64,000 nt of DNA from the human T2T-CHM13v2.0 reference genome, Homo sapiens. The position numbers were made by a program, and so were the translations under genes. This document shows positions 57,759 to 64,000 of this stretch, one piece after another. Where the stretch lies: assembly GCF_009914755.1 (NCBI RefSeq), contig NC_060947.1. One strand, 5' to 3'. Every line of letters starts with the position of its first letter. The first letter of the stretch is position 1. Below the pieces are notes generated by a model. It worked only from the letters and a program-made list of their open reading frames with translations. It was not told where the DNA came from and ran no database searches.

Positions 57759-58353
57759 CTAAGGAAAGAAGAAAGATCAGTTTGTGGTGAGGGATGACAG
57801 ATAACCAAATCTGTGTGTTCCCATGGTGCCCACCAGCCCCTCCCCTCCCTGAAGAAACCAACTCCCTGCTTCTTGATGACTCCCAATCTTGTCTCAGCCC
57901 AGTATGTCCCCCTTTATCTGGCTCCCAAACTGGCCATCAGGCACCAAAACCAAAAATCTGACCCTGTCACTCCTCCTTAAACACCCTGGCCTCACTCGCC
58001 CATAGGCTAAAGTGCAAACTTGAAGGTGGTTTTCAGAGTCACTGGTAATCGGACCTCTGCTGAGCTCTTTAGACTTTTGCTCCCTGCAACTCCTCCTTGC
58101 TCCAGTCACGCTGGCCCTGGAATACACCATGCTCTCTTGTGGTGCTGTTTACCTGACAGTGTCTCCCCAGCCCCCACTGTGTCTAGCACATCTCATCTCA
58201 AACATCACCTCCATAGAAACACCAAATTGTGAGTTACCCAAGGTCCAGGACTCAGCCACATTTGTGTTCCCAATCTTGGGTAGGGTCCTGAAAACATCAA
58301 GTATGCAAGCTCAACCTAAGCACTGAAAAGGAGAAACAAACCCTTCCTTTTAC

Positions 58354-58544
58354 CATGTGTGAGCTGAAGGCAGGCGATCTGTGGACCTGTCATCTCGATG
58401 GATCTGAAACTTCTGAATGCCATTCATGCCTTCGAGGGCAGCAAAGCCTTGCAGGGGTACCTTGGAAGTACCCGTGACAAACTGGAGGAACTTGGCACGG
58501 TCAGCTTGATCGAAAGAACGCAATGCTCTCCAGAACCACTGGAT
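58354..58544 (-). CDS. HUWE1: HUWE1 coding exon ([11 protein letters not shown]...LPSAHT)
   Basis: HECT C-lobe. Acceptor ctacag, donor TG|gtaaaa. Confidence 0.97.
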
Positions 58545-58862
58545 CTGTAGGAAGGGACCCATGAAGCCAGTGTTAGGTAGAAAGCTCCTAGAAGCAGGGT
58601 GGGGGGGATGGAATCTAGGAAACAGGACTGGACTTGGTATCTGAGGCAAGTCCCTTCTGTGGGATGAGCTTTAGCTCCTTTCATTCATAAGACGGCCAAG
58701 AGAAGTCTGCTATGCTTCAGGAGAACAAAGAGTTAGATATAGGTAGACTGTCTTCTACATGCAACTTCCTCTAAGAGTACTACTGGTTTATTTGGTATCA
58801 CACAAACTAGCGTTGCCTAGGGTAAGAGGACCATATGAGGAGGGATGCCAGCAGCAGCTCAC

Positions 58863-59044
58863 CTGAATAGAGTTGGACTGGTACTTGTGGTATTCAGTGT
58901 TGGATTTCAGATCATCGATGTCAATGGTGGGCAGTCCTGATATAAGCAGCTCTAACTCCTGCTCAGTGAAGATGGAAATGAGGCGCTTTGGAATGATCTC
59001 ATAGAAGCCTTCTAAGAAAGCCGCCAACTGCTTGCGGATGGCTC
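58863..59044 (-). CDS. HUWE1: HUWE1 coding exon ([13 protein letters not shown]...YQSNSIQ)
   Basis: Acceptor caccag, donor CAG|gtgagc, phase consistent with neighbours. Confidence 0.97.
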
Positions 59045-59242
59045 CTGGTGAGATAACCAAAAAGCCAAATGACTTCTAAACTCACACAACCGTAGAGGTC
59101 AGAGATCCCCCATCTGGCTCCCATCTACCACTGTTAGCTGGGACTACAGGCATGCACCACCACAACTGGTTAATTCTGCCCAGGCTAGTCTCAACCCCCT
59201 GGGCTCAAGCTATCCTCCTGCCTCAGCCTCCCAAAGTGCTAG

Positions 59243-59582
<340 letters not shown>

Positions 59583-59730
59583 TAAGTATTTTTGATCAAG
59601 TGTTTTGTCTTTTGTGCAAGGCATTTGTGGCTCTGTCATAGCAGAGGAAAACAAAACATGCCTATCAAATGAATCAAGTCCGACCTCTTCTCATATTGAG
59701 CAACTAGAGGTCTAGGAACATTTCCCCTAC

Positions 59731-59848
59731 CTGTCATTCTCATCTGGCATACCAGGTGTACATACTCCTTCTTATTCTCCTCTGTTACCAAGATGTTGGC
59801 CCCATTGGGTTTGAGGTCACGAACTTCACAAACTCCAAACTCTTGGAC
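59731..59848 (-). CDS. HUWE1: HUWE1 coding exon ([39 protein letters not shown]), absent from the ORF track
   Basis: Acceptor ttctag, donor G|gtaggg. Contains the HECT 'LKPNG...VTEENKKEY' motif. Confidence 0.96.
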
Positions 59849-60493
59849 CTAGAACAACCAAAACACCAATCATACATATCAGACTTCATCTAGGATGGGA
59901 TTAGATACCTAGGAACACACCCTAAACCCCTTGCCATGTCCTAGGCAGAGAGATGAGGCAAGTCCATACAAAACAGTGACTTTTTCTACTACTCATAGCT
60001 CGCAACTCCCCTTATAGGGAAAGGCTTTGGGTAGGAAAGAGGAAAATACTCTTTGGCTCTAAGACCTACAAAAAAGGCAGAAGAGAGTAAGGCAACTATC
60101 AGTGGTAAAAGGGAAAAGGGAATGGCTAACATATGTAACGGAATGTAATCTCTTAGGAAAAGAATTTAGGAGAAGAGTAACCTTAACTGCCTTCATTTTC
60201 CCCCCACTTACATTTGTACGATTTTTCTACAAAGACCTACCCTTGGGAATGAGGAATTATGTACTGGAGTTTTTTTTTTTTTTTTTTTTTAATAAAGGTG
60301 AAACTAGGAAATGGCCTGCAAATTCTGGTTTTCCTGTTTGTGATGTCACTCACAAACACCTGCTACAGCTTTAAGAAGTCAAGATGCTTCCTTAGAACTA
60401 TGAGAAGGTCACGCAGTGCTAGTTCTAAGGTGAACCTGGAATGGATCTTCCAGATTGGCTGGGATGTGCTGTGATTAGGATTTCCTGACCTAC

Positions 60494-60599
60494 CTCAGTG
60501 CTGAAGGTGAGGTCATAGCCTAGTGTGGAGACATCATTTTCCAGCAGATAAACCAGACCTTGGTAGAAGTGGTAATCTTCACTCTCCATATCTGTATAT
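60494..60599 (-). CDS. HUWE1: HUWE1 coding exon ([15 protein letters not shown]...FSTE)
   Basis: Acceptor ttctag, donor GAG|gtaggt. Confidence 0.96.
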
Positions 60600-60726
60600 C
60601 TAGAAAAACACAATTATACAGGGTCATGGTTTGCGAGTGGGGGGGAAGAAGGAGCACAAGGATGGGACACAAAAAGACCAGACCCCCAGGACTGAAGACA
60701 GTCCCAGGACTATGCCTCATCCTCAC

Positions 60727-61014
60727 CTGACTGACTTGCCCAAGATGTGTTTGTAAAAGGATCGAGTAAAGTAGCACTCCAGAAGACGGTTGTCATATAC
60801 AGCTTTGGCCACAATGCGTCCGACAAACTTGAAGTAGCTGAGGTGGTTGGGGTTGCAGTGGGAAGATGGATTGATGGTGTAGGTGACTCGATCACCAGGT
60901 GAGGTACGGAACAAGGCATACATAGGGTTAAACATCTCTCGAGAGATGATCATATACCACTCCCGCAGGAGCCCGCCAGCATCCTGCCCTTCTTCTCCTT
61001 CAAATACTATATAC
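60727..61014 (-). CDS. HUWE1: HUWE1 coding exon ([20 protein letters not shown]...HILGKSV)
   Basis: HECT N-lobe signature. Acceptor atgcag, donor AG|gtgagg. Confidence 0.97.
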
Positions 61015-61902
61015 CTGCATAAGAAAGCAGAAGCAGAAAAGAGCTGTGCAGAAAACCCAGGATACATCCAGTCATTTGTGTGAGTGAGAGACTGTGAAGC
61101 AGTGTCTGGGGAGTGCAGTGTCAGATGAAGAGGTAAACAGAGAGTGCCAGGACAGCCCAGAAATGGGGTGGAGATCTGGGAGCAAACAAAAGCACCACTG
61201 ACAGAGGAGATGTCCCAAAATAGTCAAGGTTAACAGATATTCCAGAAAACACCAATAGGAAAGGTATCAGAGAAATAAATGAGGCCTTGCTTAGGTGAAG
61301 TGGGGAGGGGAGAAAAGTGGTATTAGAGAGGGATAAGCCCAGAGTCCAAATTCTCTAAAGGTATTTGGTGGTGGAAGAACATGGCATACAGTCTGTCTAG
61401 GGAGACTCCCTGACTTCTTGTGATTACACAGTTGGAGAGCCCACACCACAAGAGATGGGGAGGAATCATTAAACAACTCCAATAGGTCTTTCATCTCATC
61501 AGCTCCTACGCTCAGTATTACAAACTGCTGATCTCCTCTAGGTGGCTTCAGAATCACCAGTGAGCAGTTACCAGTTTGGTGGAGGCCACTCATACATGGT
61601 CATTCCTAGTATAGCAATATTAAAGCTCTCATTGCAAAGCCAGCAGGTATATCCTTATAAACACCAAAGACTTTCCTGTCTGTCTGGGAATTGTTGGGTA
61701 GCTTAGCTAAAGGGCCAGCCAGCAGGGCAGGCCCAGAAGATAGGAGACAACTCAGTAAGATTATCTAAAACCAGATTCCTATGGGGAATTCCTATTAGGG
61801 AGGGCAGCACCTCCCTAAATTTGAGGCTAGAGCAAGCCATCGCTACTGTGCAGGAGGCCCCACCTCCCACCCGCCATCTTTTCTCCGTTCCTGGGCCCTT
61901 AC

Positions 61903-62043
61903 AATCGATTCTTCATTTCTTCGGGGGATTTGCGATGCAGCTCACGATAGGAGTCTTCAAACACATGGTCACGACGGACATGCACAGCCATGTCTTCTTT
62001 CCGGAGCCCCTCATCTAAACGCTCCAGCTCTTGGCGGAAATAT
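61903..62043 (-). CDS. HUWE1: HUWE1 coding exon ([12 protein letters not shown]...EEMKNR)
   Basis: Acceptor cccaag, donor TT|gtaagg. Confidence 0.96.
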
Positions 62044-62683
62044 CTTGGGAGGTAGAAAAGGAAGGAAGATAGGATTAAGGGTGGCAGAACAAATTTGTTT
62101 GTGTGATTAGGAAGAAGACCCACAATGATGCTCCTTCTATCCTCCAAACACTTTGATCTCTGCTCCACACCTGTTTGGGAAATGCCCAGTAGTTGGGAGA
62201 GGTAGATCACTCATTACCAACTCTAAATTTTTCTTACCTCCACTGAGTAAGGGCCCACAAAGATTGTGACATGTGATTTCTGCCACAAGCAGGTAAGCAT
62301 GTATACATGCACGAGGAGAAGGAGAGGCATAGGGATGACTCCAGGAGTGTTGTGGAAGCCCCTGGAACCCTGCTGTGTGTGTTCTATGGCCACCTGTGCC
62401 TCCTGTACTACCCCCAACGGATGGAACAGAACTTTAGAAACTGTGTGGTTCAAAAATCATGTGACTCTGTTTTGCTGATGAAAAATACAGATGGGGTGGA
62501 GAAGCCCAGGAGTATTTAGGTATGATGGCCATCAATGCTACAGCTGTCTCTTCCCTCCTCACCACCACCATTCCAAGTGCTGTCACCAAAGGAAATTTGT
62601 GGCCTCAAGAGTAACTTCAGAGGCGAGTTACCATTTGGGGAGTTCTCACCACCCCTCTACCCCCCAATATCCAGGACACATAC

Positions 62684-62801
62684 TTGCGCTTGACATCAAA
62701 GTCGAGGACACGAATGTAGTCTACCAGGACAGCAAAAGGCCCATCAGCAAGGTGGGTCGTGGACTGCCGTAGGATCTGGTTTAACACAGTGCGGTGAGTC
62801 T
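62684..62801 (-). CDS. HUWE1: HUWE1 coding exon ([12 protein letters not shown]...LDFDVKR), absent from the ORF track
   Basis: Acceptor cctcag, donor AA|gtatgt. Phases match both neighbours. Confidence 0.95.
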
Positions 62802-63044
62802 CTGAGGGGAGAAGTGACAGCAGGAATTAAGCACATCATCTGCCCCAGAAGCTGTAAGACAGCCAACCAGCTAGCAACTCTCTCTTCCTTCCTCTTCCTT
62901 ATTTCAGGGCTCTAAAAGGACTAGTCAAAACCAAGGGCCAGCCCTTGAGGTGTGAACGTGAATCTGAGCATTTCTATTCTAAACCTGAGTATCCTGAGGC
63001 CAAGGGAAACCATGCAGGGTTTACGTGCACGGGTGTGTGTATGT

Positions 63045-63106
<62 letters not shown>
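63045..63106. repeat. Compound (AC)n(TC)n microsatellite, intronic
   Basis: Directly visible. Confidence 0.95.
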
Positions 63107-63110
<4 letters not shown>

Positions 63111-63187
63111 ACTAAGGATTAACTGTATGAAACAATCCTGTTTAAAATGAAGCCTTCTACACCTGGCAGCCTAAAAGTTCCCTGTAC

Positions 63188-63433
63188 CTGCAAAGCGAAG
63201 GAACTTCTGTGTGTCAGGGGGCAGGCTTGAGGAGATGTGCATAGATGAGGGCTCCCGGGAGAAGAATGGGTCAAGGGAGGAAGGCGTGGCTGGGGTTAAG
63301 GGGGCAGGGGAGAGTGGAGGAGGCTCGTCCTTGATGTGTGCCAGCTGGCTCTCACGGGTGTCTCGGACAGGAGGCTTGCTCTCCCGCTCTGTGGCATGGA
63401 CCAGAAAGAAGGCCTCGACAGCAGGCTGTAGCA
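63188..63433 (-). CDS. HUWE1: HUWE1 coding exon ([13 protein letters not shown]...KFLRFA); the gene continues beyond the window
   Basis: Acceptor ccctag, donor G|gtacag. Confidence 0.95.
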
Positions 63434-63551
63434 CTAGGGTTAGGAATGATGGAGAAGTAACATTTTACTCTGCAAACTTCAACATGCAAACCTCTTTGCC
63501 ATCATAAACAAATTATAAAAATAAATAAGGAAGAAGAAATAGTGAAAACTA

Positions 63552-63667
63552 GGCTAGGTGTGGTGGCTCACACCTATGATCCCAGCACTTTGGGAGGCCG
63601 AGGTGGGAAAATTGCTTGAGCCCAGCAGTTTGAGATCAGTCTGGGCAACATAGTGAGACCTCATTTC

Positions 63668-63698
<31 letters not shown>

Positions 63699-63700
63699 GA
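63552..63700 (+). mobile_element. FLAM/Alu monomer with long poly(A)
   Basis: Left-monomer consensus followed by an A-tract. Confidence 0.85.
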
Positions 63701-64000
63701 AACAATGAGAACTTGCAGGGAAATATGGTAGAATCAAGTCACAGAGGAACTTCCTTGAAGCCAAAGAAAAATGGGATAGCTAACCAGTTATAAAGATTCC
63801 CCTTGTCTATAAAGTGAAAGACACCAACTATTAAAAGAGAAGGTCAATCTTTTTTATACTGAAGTCAGAGAAAAAACACTTCTCTTTTGAATTCTCATTA
63901 CAGAGACACTGAGGGAGAGGAGTAACCTGGAAGGAAGAAAAACAAGCTGGCAGGAAGGGCCCCAGAGCAGACCACTGGGTTGGGACCTGGGCCTTTAGGA

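Noticed and set aside
60425-60493. In-frame read-through of an exon into the intron ([11 protein letters not shown]...)
   Set aside because: A good donor exists at 60493 and the extension ends in a stop. There is no evidence of an alternative exon.
61795-61818. 9-bp perfect hairpin ttagggagg/cctccctaa
   Set aside because: A stem of this size is expected by chance in 64 kb, and nothing else supports it.

Overview
Hominoid (most likely human) genomic DNA from Xp11.22. Positions ~56445-64000 hold the 3' end of HUWE1 on the minus strand. This includes nine coding exons covering the HECT ubiquitin-ligase domain, all with canonical GT-AG junctions and consistent codon phases, followed by a ~1.2 kb 3' UTR with four AATAAA signals. 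The remaining ~56 kb is gene-free and almost entirely made of transposable elements. They include the 3' end of an ERVL/MLT2 element, an L2 endonuclease relic, a two-LTR ERVL provirus with LTR41-like LTRs, fragmented L1M and MER4-group sequence, several solo LTRs, a full-length SVA with a 15-bp TSD, and dozens of Alus. The most striking structure is a 17 kb nested stack: MER67-like LTR > Tigger2 > AluY > Harlequin/LTR2 provirus > AluY, with MER50 > LTR10 and THE1D > Alu as side branches. Nearly every junction in it has a readable target-site duplication (TSD). I found no convincing new protein-coding gene or novel system. Almost all non-HUWE1 ORFs in the track are Alu, SVA, ERV or transposase remnants. 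Repeat subfamily names come from recalled consensus sequences and need RepeatMasker/Dfam confirmation.
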